Positions 29,105-41,490 of a stretch of 64,000 nt of DNA are shown here, one piece after another. The notes under the pieces were generated by a model. It saw nothing but the letters and a program-made list of their open reading frames with translations. It searched no databases and was not told the DNA's origin. A program made the translations under genes and the position numbers. Numbering within the stretch: the first letter of the stretch is position 1; every line of letters begins with the position of its first letter. This DNA comes from a bacterium (GTDB lineage: Bacteria > UBA8248), in the NCBI GenBank assembly GCA_963692865.2, contig OY843592.1:3584001-3648000 (forward strand), given 5' to 3'.

Positions 29105-29430
29105 AATCTCCCGTCATCGTTCGGTCGATTCCCGCTTCTTCGGCCGGAACGGACTCCCGCTCCCCGTTCAGGCTCCACCGCCGGAGGGGCGGCGGATTCA
29201 GGGAAACGATTGATAATGAAAATAATGATATTTTGTATAAATTCGTATAAATTCACGGGGTTTTTGGATAAATTCCTGAAAACGGACGGCGCGGGAACAA
29301 AAATTACAATTCTTTTTATTTCAGTATTTTACAACCGGATCATAAACCGAAAATCGAATTTTTTTCAAGAATTTATCGAAATAAAAAGGTTTTTCGCAAC
29401 CCCGCATTTCCCCGCAACCGCCCGCATTTG
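29105..29430. repeat. Dispersed element with AT-rich core, copy 1
   Basis: Homologous to the reverse complement of 63691-64000; 41/43 identical core at 29199-29241. Confidence 0.75.
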
Positions 29431-29586
29431 CGCCCCGGAGCGCGGGCGCCGGCACAGGCCCGGCCGGGACGCCCCGGCGGGGCCTGCGGCCGAAATCCCC
29501 CCGGCGTCCGGCGGAGGCTTTTTCGTTTCCCCCGCAACGTGGTATATTCGGGGCACACCCCCGCCGCACTGGGAGACGCGCCGCGC

Positions 29587-32388
<2,802 letters not shown>

Positions 32389-32409
32389 TTCAAATCCCGA
32401 GGGAGTTCC

Positions 32410-33819
32410 ATGACCATCGAACTCAAACTCCCCGAGCTCGGGGAAAACATCACGTCCGGAAAAGTGATCGCCGTTTTGGTGAACGTGGGAGAAACCATAG
32501 CGGTGGATCAGTCGGTCATCGAAGTGGAAACCGACAAGGCGCTCATCGAAGTCCCCTCGTCGGTCGAGGGGAAGATAACGGAAATCCATCTCAAGCCCGG
32601 CGACGACGCTGAAGTCGGGGGAACCATTCTCGTCATCGAAGAAAGCGGCGCCGGCGCGGAGCCCGTCCTGGACCAGGAGAACTTCGAGGAAATCTCCTCA
32701 GACACCGGCGAGCCAATGGGCCCGGAAGAAACCCAACCCATGCTGATAGGCGGCGAACCCTCCCCGCCCCCGGAGACCGAGGCCGAAGAGCCCGCCGCGC
32801 CGGAGTCCGCGCCCGCCGGATATGCGCTGGAATCCGGGGAGACCTCATCCGAAGCGTCTGCGCCGGAGGCTTCCGGAGCGCCCGCGCCAACGAGCGAAAA
32901 AGAGCCCGCGCCCGCGGCGCCCTCGGTGCGCAGGATAGCCCGTGAGGCGGGCGTCGACATAAGCGACGTGCCGGGCAGCGGGATTGGAGGCAGAATATCC
33001 GCGCAGGACGTCAGGGAATTCGTGGCGGCCCAAGGGGGCGCCGCCTTACCGGATGCGCCCGCTCCCGCGCTGCTGAGCGCGCCCGTTCAACTGCCCGACC
33101 TCGCCCGCTGGGGAGGGGTCAAGCGCGAGCCGATGTCGGGAATCCGGCGCGCGACGTCCGAGAACCTCGCACGCGCGTGGACGAACATCCCCCACGTGAC
33201 CCAGTGCGAAAAGGCCGATATTTCCGAGCTCGACGCCTTGAGGAGAAAATTCGCTCCAAAGGCGGAGGCCGCCGGCGGCAAACTCACCATCACCGCCATT
33301 CTGATAAAAATCATCGCTTCGTCCCTCAAGGTCTTCCCCCAATTCAACGCGAGCGTCGACGCGGCGGCAAACGAGATCGTCTACAAGAACTACGCGCACG
33401 TGGGCGTCGCCGTGGATACCGAAAACGGTTTGCTCGTTCCGGTGATTCGCGATGCGGACAAGAAGAACATCATCGAGCTGTCGGTGGAACTGGGCGAAAT
33501 TTCGGAACGCGCCCGCTCCCGGAAACTCGCCCCGGACGACATGCAGGGCGGATCCATCACCATCACGAATCTCGGCGGCTTCGGCGGCACGTATTTCACC
33601 CCGATAGTGAACTGGCCGGAAGTCGCCATTCTCGGCGTCTCCCGGGCGCGCATGGAGCCGGTTTGGGTGGAGGCCGAGGAGAAATTCGAACCACGCCTGA
33701 TGCTCCCGCTCATGGTTTCCTACGATCACCGCATCATCGACGGAGCGGACGGCGTGAAGTTCCTGAGGTGGGTGGCCGACGCGCTGGAAGAGCCCATGCT
33801 CATGAGCCTCGAGGGTTGA
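32410..33819 (+). CDS. aceF: Dihydrolipoamide acetyltransferase (E2), single lipoyl domain
   Basis: ETDKA lipoyl site, APSVRRIARE, GSGIGGRI and DHRIIDGADG. Confidence 0.93.
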   Translation: MTIELKLPELGENITSGKVIAVLVNVGETIAVDQSVIEVETDKALIEVPSSVEGKITEIHLKPGDDAEVGGTILVIEESGAGAEPVLDQENFEEISSDTGEPMGPEETQPMLIGGEPSPPPETEAEEPAAPESAPAGYALESGETSSEASAPEASGAPAPTSEKEPAPAAPSVRRIAREAGVDISDVPGSGIGGRISAQDVREFVAAQGGAALPDAPAPALLSAPVQLPDLARWGGVKREPMSGIRRATSENLARAWTNIPHVTQCEKADISELDALRRKFAPKAEAAGGKLTITAILIKIIASSLKVFPQFNASVDAAANEIVYKNYAHVGVAVDTENGLLVPVIRDADKKNIIELSVELGEISERARSRKLAPDDMQGGSITITNLGGFGGTYFTPIVNWPEVAILGVSRARMEPVWVEAEEKFEPRLMLPLMVSYDHRIIDGADGVKFLRWVADALEEPMLMSLEG

Positions 33820-33983
33820 AAGAACCTTTTGGAGAAGCATACGGCAACCTGATTGGGCATGACGGGGCATTCCGCCCTCGACAACCTTCCGGAGTGACCC
33901 GCTCCGCCATCGTTCAGTGAAACCTCCGGATCATTTCAGGAGGCCCGCGGTTCTCCGGGACTTATCTTCTGGATATCTTTTCG

Positions 33984-34562
33984 ATGACGAATCTCCTGGG
34001 TGATTGGAACTTTTTGCAGTATTGGTGGTGGAAACCCTACGTCAAGCCTCTCATCGGGCTGGGCTGGTTTGCGGGCGTCATTGCGCTGGGAGCAATTATC
34101 TTCTTCGCCGTCATGGGCAGCGCCAGACTCTCCGAGTACAGAAACGCTCTCTTCCCCCCGAAAGAACCGGAGATCCCCGAGGACGAAGCGGCGCTCGTCG
34201 AATTCATGGAGTCTTTCTTCCCCGAAACGTCGGAAGAGGAAATCATCCTGATGGAGCAAATTCTCGACGACGTGATGAAGGAGGACATCCACCCGCAAAT
34301 GGCGCGAGAAATCCAGGATCGGGGGATACCGGTTCGCCTACTGACGCTTCCGCCTCCCGAAATCGTACGCGCGGTGGGATGCTATCCCGTGGCCGTGTGG
34401 ATTCCCCGTCTGAACGCGATAGAGATATACGCATCGGTCGTCAAGAGCGAGTGCCGGCGGGACCCGAGCCGCTACAGAGAGCTGATAGGCGATTTGCTGC
34501 TGCACGAAATAGGCCACGCCCTGGGCCTGGATGAACCGAAAATCAAGGATTTCGGCGTGTAG
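33984..34562 (+). CDS. Membrane-anchored zincin-like metallopeptidase family protein
   Basis: N-terminal TM helix; IEIY...LLHEIGHALGLDE motif. Confidence 0.7.
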   Translation: MTNLLGDWNFLQYWWWKPYVKPLIGLGWFAGVIALGAIIFFAVMGSARLSEYRNALFPPKEPEIPEDEAALVEFMESFFPETSEEEIILMEQILDDVMKEDIHPQMAREIQDRGIPVRLLTLPPPEIVRAVGCYPVAVWIPRLNAIEIYASVVKSECRRDPSRYRELIGDLLLHEIGHALGLDEPKIKDFGV

Positions 34563-34567
34563 CGGCT

Positions 34568-36088
34568 TTATTCGTGCGCGCCGCGCCCGTTCAGGTCGGC
34601 GGGGTCGGTCACCTCGACGCTTCCCTTGAGCCCGAACAGGCGCTGCATCTTCTTCCTGAAGGACGGCGTAAAGAGTTTTTCGGCGTAAAACCGGCCCGCC
34701 ACCCTTTTGTTCACCTGCGCGAGCGTGGGATATACGTGCACCGTATCCACCACTTCCTTGACGTGCATCTTCTTGCGGACGGCCAGCGCGAACTCGTGCA
34801 ATATCTCCCCCGCCGCAGGCCCGACCAAATCCGCCCCCACGAGCCTGCCCTTCTCGTCACACACGACCTTGCACACACCCTCCGTCTCCCCGTCCAGCAC
34901 GGCGCGATCCACCCGGCTCATCGGAAAGCGCAAGACCTGAAAGCGATTCGCCCCCAAGGCGGCCTCGGCGTCGGCTTCGCTCAAGCCCACGTGCGCCGCT
35001 TCGGGCGTCGTGTAAATCGTCCACGGCACGGCGTCGTAGTTCGTCTTTTTCTTGAGAAACGGGAACGGAATCCCGAAAGGCGCGCTGAAGAGCATGTTCC
35101 TGAGCGCCACGCCCGCCTCGTATTCCGCCATATGGGTGAAGAGATATTGCCCTCGAATATCACCGGCGGCGAAGATGCGCGGATTCGCGGTTTGGAGATA
35201 TTCATCCGTCTCCACGCCTCGCGGGGAGTATTTGACGCCCGCTTTTTCCAGGTACATTCCGCCCACGTTGGGCGACCGGCCGGTCGCGATGAGAAGTTGA
35301 TCGCAGGTCCATTCTCTCTTGCCCGACAGCGTATCAGCTTCGAGAAAAATCTCCTCGCCGCGTTTCTCGACTTTTTGCGTCTTCACGTTGAAATGGAGTT
35401 TGAGACCGGATTTCGCCAAGGAGTCAGCCAGAATATCGGCCATTTCCTTGTCGAGCCTCGGCAGGAGTTTCGGCGCGCTTTGCAGCACTTCCACCTCGGC
35501 GCCGAGTTGTTGAAACGCCTGTGACAATTCCAGGCCGATGGGTCCCGCGCCCAGCACCACCATGCGCCGGGGCAGTTCCTCCAAATCGAAAACGGTCTCG
35601 TTCGTGAGGTAGGGCACGCCGTCGAGGCCGGCGATGGGCGGCACGAAGGGAGAACTCCCCATGGACAGTAAAAACCGCTTGGCCCGCAGGGTTCTGTCTC
35701 CTATCTGAAACGTATCCGGACCGGTAAAGGCCCCGTCGCCGAAAATCACCTCGATGCCCATGCCCTCGAAGCGCTCGGGCGCGTCGTGCTCGCCGATATG
35801 GGCCTGGGCCGCCTTCATACGCTTCATGACGCGAGAGAAATCGACGCGCACGTCGCCCACATCAATCCCGAACTCGGGCATCAATCGCGCCTGCGCCGCC
35901 AGCCTGGCCGAGCGGATCAAGCCTTTCGAGGGCACGCATCCATAATTGAGGCAATCACCGCCGAGCTTCGTCTTCTCGACGAGCGCGGCTTTGGCGCCCA
36001 GTTGCGCCGCGCCGACGGACGCCACCAGTCCGCCGACGCCTCCCCCGATGGACACCAAATCAAACTCAGACTCTTTTAGCATCTTCAT
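34568..36088 (-). CDS. Pyridine nucleotide-disulfide oxidoreductase (MerA/Lpd-like, lacking the MerA C-terminal CC)
   Basis: GGGVGG, GGDCLNYGCVPSK, GAGPIGLE and HVYPT motifs. Confidence 0.88.
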   Translation of the reverse strand: MKMLKESEFDLVSIGGGVGGLVASVGAAQLGAKAALVEKTKLGGDCLNYGCVPSKGLIRSARLAAQARLMPEFGIDVGDVRVDFSRVMKRMKAAQAHIGEHDAPERFEGMGIEVIFGDGAFTGPDTFQIGDRTLRAKRFLLSMGSSPFVPPIAGLDGVPYLTNETVFDLEELPRRMVVLGAGPIGLELSQAFQQLGAEVEVLQSAPKLLPRLDKEMADILADSLAKSGLKLHFNVKTQKVEKRGEEIFLEADTLSGKREWTCDQLLIATGRSPNVGGMYLEKAGVKYSPRGVETDEYLQTANPRIFAAGDIRGQYLFTHMAEYEAGVALRNMLFSAPFGIPFPFLKKKTNYDAVPWTIYTTPEAAHVGLSEADAEAALGANRFQVLRFPMSRVDRAVLDGETEGVCKVVCDEKGRLVGADLVGPAAGEILHEFALAVRKKMHVKEVVDTVHVYPTLAQVNKRVAGRFYAEKLFTPSFRKKMQRLFGLKGSVEVTDPADLNGRGAHE

Positions 36089-36142
36089 ATCCTCTCAAGA
36101 CGACGAAAAGCACTTATCCTGTGACAATGCGGTACAACCCGT

Positions 36143-37681
36143 TCAAGACGCTTCCTCAGCCATTGGTTTGAAACCAAACGCGAAAAACAAAATAGCAATG
36201 AGCAGATAACCGGCGGCTATGCCGGGCGCCGCCCCCCACCCGAAGAAGCTCACGACGCCGCCGGGCGTGATCCGCCAGGCGTGGATAATCCCGAACCAGC
36301 TCAATACCGCGCCGGCCAAAGCCCAGCTTCCCGCCTGTTTCGGCTTCTTATCGAGCAGTTTCGCAACGATGGCCGTCAATATGATGGAAGTGAAAAGAAA
36401 ACCCCGCTCCAGGGTGATCATCCCCACTAGATGAAACCCCGCCTTGGCGAACGCGTCCTGCCCTATTTTCCACAAGCTCGCGCCCGCCGCCCGGAGGGAA
36501 GATTCCACCATCAGCAGGCCCCACGCGGCGATGGCGGGTATCAACCCGATGGCCACAGCTGGCCCGTGATTCTTCGGCACGGCCTGAAACGCCTGTGTGA
36601 GCATCATCACCCCTATCCAGAGCATGAGGGCGAAGAGCGCCTCGCCCGGAATGATTTTCGAAAGCGCCGCTATCGAGCCGGTGAAGCAGAGGATCGTCAT
36701 CACCACCCCGTTCAGGGCGCTGTAGCCCGAGCGCGCGCCGACCTTCTTCCAGGCAGGATGTCCGATATATATCGTCGTGGGAAAACAACTACCCAGACAT
36801 GCCGCGAGAAGCGAACCCGCGCCGTTCACCGCCAGAGAACCGCCCGTTTCGAATTCGTCACCCGCAGCTGCCGCACTTTCCAGGCACATCAGACTGCCCA
36901 CAAGCGTCATCAGGCCCATGGGGATGGAAACCGCGAGGTAATCCCAGGCCAGCGGGCCGAAGAGAGCGTCGGCCAAAGGGACGAGGGCGGAGGACGGGAG
37001 CGCAAGGCCAACAGGCGCAGGAACGCCTTCTGGAAATCCCTTGACGAGGGCGGACAAAACCACCCCCGCCGCCACCGCCACGAGGCCGCCCGGCAAACCG
37101 AAGGGAAACCTGAATCCGCCGAAATAATGGAGCAGGATGATTCCCAGAGGCACCATGGAGAGAAGCGGATTTTCCCAGATTCTGAACGCGAAATCCATGG
37201 AAATGAATGTGAGCGCGATGCCCCCCAGTGCCGAGAGCAGAGCGGCCCTTGGCGCAACCCGTCTGATCCACCCGCCCGCCAGCGAGCCTGCTGTTTCGAT
37301 GACCCCGCTCACAAAACAGGCCGCCAGCCCCGCCTTCCAGGCCGCTTCCGCGCTTCCGGTCTTGAGTTTCACGGGGAGCATCACGAAGAAGATGAATGCG
37401 AAAAGCGTCACCGTGTTGAGGCCGTAGGGCATGGCGGTCACATCGTCGCGGCCCTCGCGCGCGGCCAGGCGCCGCGCCTGCCAGGTGTAGAAAAGGTTGC
37501 CGCCCAGAAGGCTCAGGGCCGCGGCGGGCAATACGCGCCCGAAAATGAGAGACTCAGGAAAACCCAGCAGCCCTTTGAGAAAACTCACGATGAGAAGAAG
37601 ATTGATAAGGTTGTCCATCCACAGGCCGAAAAAGCCGTCGACATCACCCTTCACAAACCATCTGGGCATCGGAGTCCCCAT
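36143..37681 (-). CDS. NCS2-like (xanthine/uracil/vitamin C) permease
   Basis: GDVDGFFGL, VTAMPYG, PRAALL and FPTTIYIGHPAWK motifs; many TM segments. Confidence 0.8.
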   Translation of the reverse strand: MGTPMPRWFVKGDVDGFFGLWMDNLINLLLIVSFLKGLLGFPESLIFGRVLPAAALSLLGGNLFYTWQARRLAAREGRDDVTAMPYGLNTVTLFAFIFFVMLPVKLKTGSAEAAWKAGLAACFVSGVIETAGSLAGGWIRRVAPRAALLSALGGIALTFISMDFAFRIWENPLLSMVPLGIILLHYFGGFRFPFGLPGGLVAVAAGVVLSALVKGFPEGVPAPVGLALPSSALVPLADALFGPLAWDYLAVSIPMGLMTLVGSLMCLESAAAAGDEFETGGSLAVNGAGSLLAACLGSCFPTTIYIGHPAWKKVGARSGYSALNGVVMTILCFTGSIAALSKIIPGEALFALMLWIGVMMLTQAFQAVPKNHGPAVAIGLIPAIAAWGLLMVESSLRAAGASLWKIGQDAFAKAGFHLVGMITLERGFLFTSIILTAIVAKLLDKKPKQAGSWALAGAVLSWFGIIHAWRITPGGVVSFFGWGAAPGIAAGYLLIAILFFAFGFKPMAEEAS

Positions 37682-37841
37682 GTTAAATGTCAATACGTCA
37701 AACCGAGCGCGGCGCAACTCACGGGATAGTAAAACACGCAGGCGTGTTCGCCAAAGCGCGCGAGGCAGTTTTTCTCACCCCTGTCGTTTGATATGATTCG
37801 CTAATCAATTATCACCTTCGTGAACGTCGAGGAGAAAAGCG

Positions 37842-38594
37842 ATGGAAGCTGTCAAAGTCTATACGCGCCACGGCTGATACACCTGCGCCCTTACGAGAGA
37901 GTTTCTCTCGTCCAGCGGCCTCGAAGTCGTCAACCGTGACTGCACGAACGACGCCGAAGCGCAAGCGGAACTGAAAGCACTCGGAATCAAATCCCTGCCC
38001 GTCGCCGTGCGCGGAGAGAACGTGGTAGTGGGCTATGACGTGGACGCGCTCCGCGCTGCCTTCGGCATCGAACAAGAAGGCGCAGGTCCCCTCTCCTCCG
38101 AAAAGATGCTCCACTACTTCGAGATGGTCTTCGACGCCCTGCGCCGCGTGGTTCGCCAGATCCCGCACGAAACGCTCGACTGGGTATCTCCCGGCAGGCC
38201 CCGCACGCTGCGCCAACTCACCTGGCACAGCTTCGAGCGTCCGGACCTCGTGATGCAGGCCCACGCCTCGGGGGAGTACACCGAGGAGATGGTGCGGCGG
38301 TATGAAACGATGGCGAACGACTATGATACGACCGAAGACATCTGCGCCTATGGGGATGAAATCCAAGCCAGACTCACCGATTTCCTGACCGACGGCGGCG
38401 AGGCGCTCGCGAAAAAAGTGTCGAGCTACATGGGGCCGATCACCGTGCATGAACTGATGATCCTCTCCCTGGGACACGCTTTCCAGCATCTGCGGCAAAC
38501 CTACCACTACTTCGGAATGCTGGAGATTACGCCGGAAAATCCACTCCAAGCCGAAGACTACGAGGAAGTGCCCGTGCCCAAGGATCTTTTCTAG
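37842..38594 (+). CDS. Probable selenoprotein: glutaredoxin/NrdH-like UxxC domain fused to a DinB-like domain (250 aa)
   Basis: GAGGAG RBS, ATG 37842, MEAVKVYTRHG-TGA(37875)-YTC in frame with ORF 38007-38594; KSLPV cis-Pro motif; His at LTWH and HAFQH. Confidence 0.8.
37893..37911 (+). promoter_or_regulatory. Candidate bacterial SECIS hairpin
   Basis: ACGAGAGA-GTT-TCTCTCGT perfect 8 bp stem with a G-initial loop starting 24 nt after the UGA. Confidence 0.65.
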
Positions 38595-38625
38595 CCCTAA
38601 CTATCAGCTTTAAGGAGACCGCCTG

Positions 38626-39902
38626 ATGCCCTCGAAAGACACGTTTCCCTTCCGCGCAAACCGCGCACGCATGAAGCGCGAGTTCAACGCCAGGCGAAGA
38701 TAGGCAAATACGGGAAAACGGGCCTCGACCGCGTGGCCTTTACGCCGGTCTACAATGAGGCGCGCGACCTCGCCGAGGGCTGGATGAGGGAGGCGGGCCT
38801 CACAACGCTCGTGGACGCCGTGGGAAATCTCTACGGAAGAAAAGAGGGCCGCGTGCGCGGGCTTCCCGCCGTGATGACCGGCTCTCACCTCGATTCCCAA
38901 AGCCCGGGCGGGCGGTTCGACGGACCCGCAGGCGTTCTCACCGCTCTTGAAGCGGTGCGGCGCATCGGCGAGACGGGACTCGCCCACGACCACCCCATCG
39001 AGGTGGTGGCCTTCGTGGGGGAGGAATCCGCCTGCGGGATGACGGTGTTCGGCAGCAGCGTCGCCACGGGCGTCGTGGGCGTGAAGGATTTGAAGAACAC
39101 GGTGCATCCGCCCACAGGAAAATCCCTGTATGAGGCCATCGAGGCGGTGGGTGGAAACCCCGCGCGCACCCGCTCATGCCGGATTAAAAATGGATCGCTC
39201 AAGGCCTTTCTGGAACTTCACATCGAGCAAGGGCCGGTTCTCGAATCGGCCGAGGTGCCCATCGGCATCGTGGACCGGGTGGTGGGATACGCGAGGGGCG
39301 AGGTCCACTTCACGGGCGTTACGGCGCACTCGGGCGGACAGCCCATGCCCTACCGCAAGGACGCCGGCATCGCAGCGGCGGACTTCATGGTCCGCATGGA
39401 AAATTTCGTGAACCGCGCGCCCGAATCCCAGCGCGTGACAATCACATTCGGGGAGATGGAGGCGCACCCGGGGTGGGTGTCCATCGTGCCCGGAGGCGCG
39501 AGGCTTTCTTTCGATCTCAGAAGCAGGAGCCAGGCGGTGATGGAGCGCACTATCGCGCGCATGGAAAAGACGCTCGCCTCCATTGAGAAGGAGCGGGGCG
39601 TAAAGGGCCATCTCTCCGACGTGAAGAAGCTGGCCGTTTGCCCCGCCTCGGGCAACATTCAAAAAGCGCTCCGGCGCGCTTCACGGGAAACGGGCCATGC
39701 CTCTCTCACTCTTTCGAGCGGCGGAGTGCACGACGCCTGCCGGATGGCGGAGATTTGCCCGATGGGCATGGTGTTCATCCCCTCGGTGGGCGGGCTCTCG
39801 CACACGCCCGAGGAATTCACGCACTTCGACGACATGGTGAAGGGCGCGGAAATCCTCGCCTCCGCCATCGCGCATCTCGCCAACGAGAAAGTGAAGGCGT
39901 AA
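38626..39902 (+). CDS. Zn-dependent N-carbamoyl-amino-acid/allantoate amidohydrolase with an apparent frameshift near 38690
   Basis: GSHLDS, GRFDG, GEE, ELHIEQGP, HDA and SHTPEE motifs; AAGGAG-ATG at 38626 is out of frame by one base. Confidence 0.8.
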
Positions 39903-40157
39903 GACAAAATAGAAACGAGGTTGTCAATCAGAAACGTCCTTTGCTCTTGGGCAAGGCTCACATTTCACATTCACTTTCCAGTGAACGCTTTTCGCCCTGA
40001 AAACCTTTATTTTTATGAAGTTATTGTAAAGCAAGGCGTATTATGATAAATTTCGCTTCCTCAAAATAAGTAGGTGTGAATGTTTTGCCGCAAACTCGTT
40101 TGCGGCGTAGCGTCTCGAAACCGAAACTCTACAGTGGAAATCGAGAGGGAGAAAAAA

Positions 40158-41417
40158 ATGGGCAGGATAATCAGGCACGTGGTTCTCGGGTTTGCGCTGC
40201 TCCTCGCGGTGAGCATCGCCCTCACGCCTTCGGCGCAGGCGGCCAAGGAAGTGAAGATCGGATTCAGCATGGCGCTGACCGGACCGCTCGGCCCCGCAGG
40301 CAAGGCGGCGCTTCTGGCCATGCAGATCTGGCGCGACGACGTGAACGCCAAGGGCGGATTGCTGGGCCGCAAAGTCAAGCTGGTCTATTACGACGATCAG
40401 ACCAAACCCGCCAACGTTCCGGGCATCTACGCCAAGCTTCTCGACGTGGACAAGGTGGACTTCATCGTCTCGGGCTACGGGACAAACCTCATCGTTCCCG
40501 CACTGCCCATCGCGATGGAGCGCGGCATGGTGTTCATGGGCCTCTTCGGCCTCGACGCGAACGCGAAGTTCAAATACAACAACTACTTCCAGATCATGCC
40601 GGCCGGCCCCGACCCGATAGTGGACTGGTCGCGCGGCTTTTTTGAACTCGCCGCGAAGCAGAAGCCCCGGCCCAAGACGATAGCGCTGCTCTCGGCCGAT
40701 GCGGAATTCGCGCGCAACGCCGTGGCCGGCGCGCGCCGGAACGCGAAGAAATACGGCTTCAAGATCGTCTACGACAAGCGCTACCCCTTCCCCGGCACAT
40801 CCGACTTCACGCCGATTCTGCGCGCGGTCAAGGCCACGAACCCCGACCTGTTCTACGTGGGTTCCTATCCGGGCGGTTCGGTCGGCATCGTGAAGGCCGC
40901 ACATGAGATCAAACTGGAACCCAAGCTCTTCGGCGGCGGTATGGTGGGGCTTCAGTACACCGCCATCCAGATGAACCTCGGCAAACTGCTCAACGGCATC
41001 ACGGACTACTGGTTCTGGGCGCCGGAGAAGACCCTGAAGTTTCCCGGCATCGAGGCCTTTCTGGCGAAATACCAGAAAGAAGCGCCCAAGCAGAAACTCG
41101 ACCCGCTGGGCTACTACCTGCCACCGTTCGCCTACGCCTACGTGCAACTACTCGGAAATGCGATCGAGGCCACCAAGAGTTTCGACCAGGCGAAAATCGG
41201 CGCCTACATCCGCAACAACACCCATTCGACCGTGGTCGGAAAGGTGAAGTTCGGCAAGAACGGCGAATGGGCGACTTCCCGGACGTTCCAGGTGCAGCTC
41301 CAGAACATCACCAGCAACAAGATGAGCGAGTTCAGCAAAGCAGGAAAGATGGTGGTGGTGTATCCCGAGGAATTCAAGTCCGGAGAACTGATCTACCCAT
41401 ACGCAAAAGGCAAGTAA
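40158..41417 (+). CDS. Branched-chain amino acid-type ABC transporter substrate-binding protein
   Basis: Signal peptide, KIGFSMALTG, VNAKGGLLGR and YDD motifs. Confidence 0.9.
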   Translation: MGRIIRHVVLGFALLLAVSIALTPSAQAAKEVKIGFSMALTGPLGPAGKAALLAMQIWRDDVNAKGGLLGRKVKLVYYDDQTKPANVPGIYAKLLDVDKVDFIVSGYGTNLIVPALPIAMERGMVFMGLFGLDANAKFKYNNYFQIMPAGPDPIVDWSRGFFELAAKQKPRPKTIALLSADAEFARNAVAGARRNAKKYGFKIVYDKRYPFPGTSDFTPILRAVKATNPDLFYVGSYPGGSVGIVKAAHEIKLEPKLFGGGMVGLQYTAIQMNLGKLLNGITDYWFWAPEKTLKFPGIEAFLAKYQKEAPKQKLDPLGYYLPPFAYAYVQLLGNAIEATKSFDQAKIGAYIRNNTHSTVVGKVKFGKNGEWATSRTFQVQLQNITSNKMSEFSKAGKMVVVYPEEFKSGELIYPYAKGK

Positions 41418-41437
41418 CGAACCGGACATAAAATTGT

Positions 41438-41461
41438 GACCGGGGGGGAAACCCCCCGGTC
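41438..41461 (+). terminator. Intercistronic GAAA-tetraloop hairpin after the binding-protein gene
   Basis: GACCGGGGGG-GAAA-CCCCCCGGTC perfect stem, no U-tract (probably an mRNA stabiliser). Confidence 0.6.
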
Positions 41462-41490
41462 CGCGTCCGGCTCACGGGAGGAGAGCATCC

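Noticed and set aside
29105-29165. Apparent synonymous conservation (ERESVPAEEAGI vs ERESIPTEEAGI) between the two element copies
   Set aside because: That frame has a TGA just upstream in the second copy and no shared start codon, so it is not called as a gene.
29215-29242. Xer dif-like site (ATAA-TGATAT-TTTGTATAAAT)
   Set aside because: Only partial resemblance to the XerD arm and a poor XerC arm; kept only as part of the duplicated-element finding.
34568-36088. merA or lpdA assignment
   Set aside because: No C-terminal CC pair or mer genes, and the His motif differs from Lpd.
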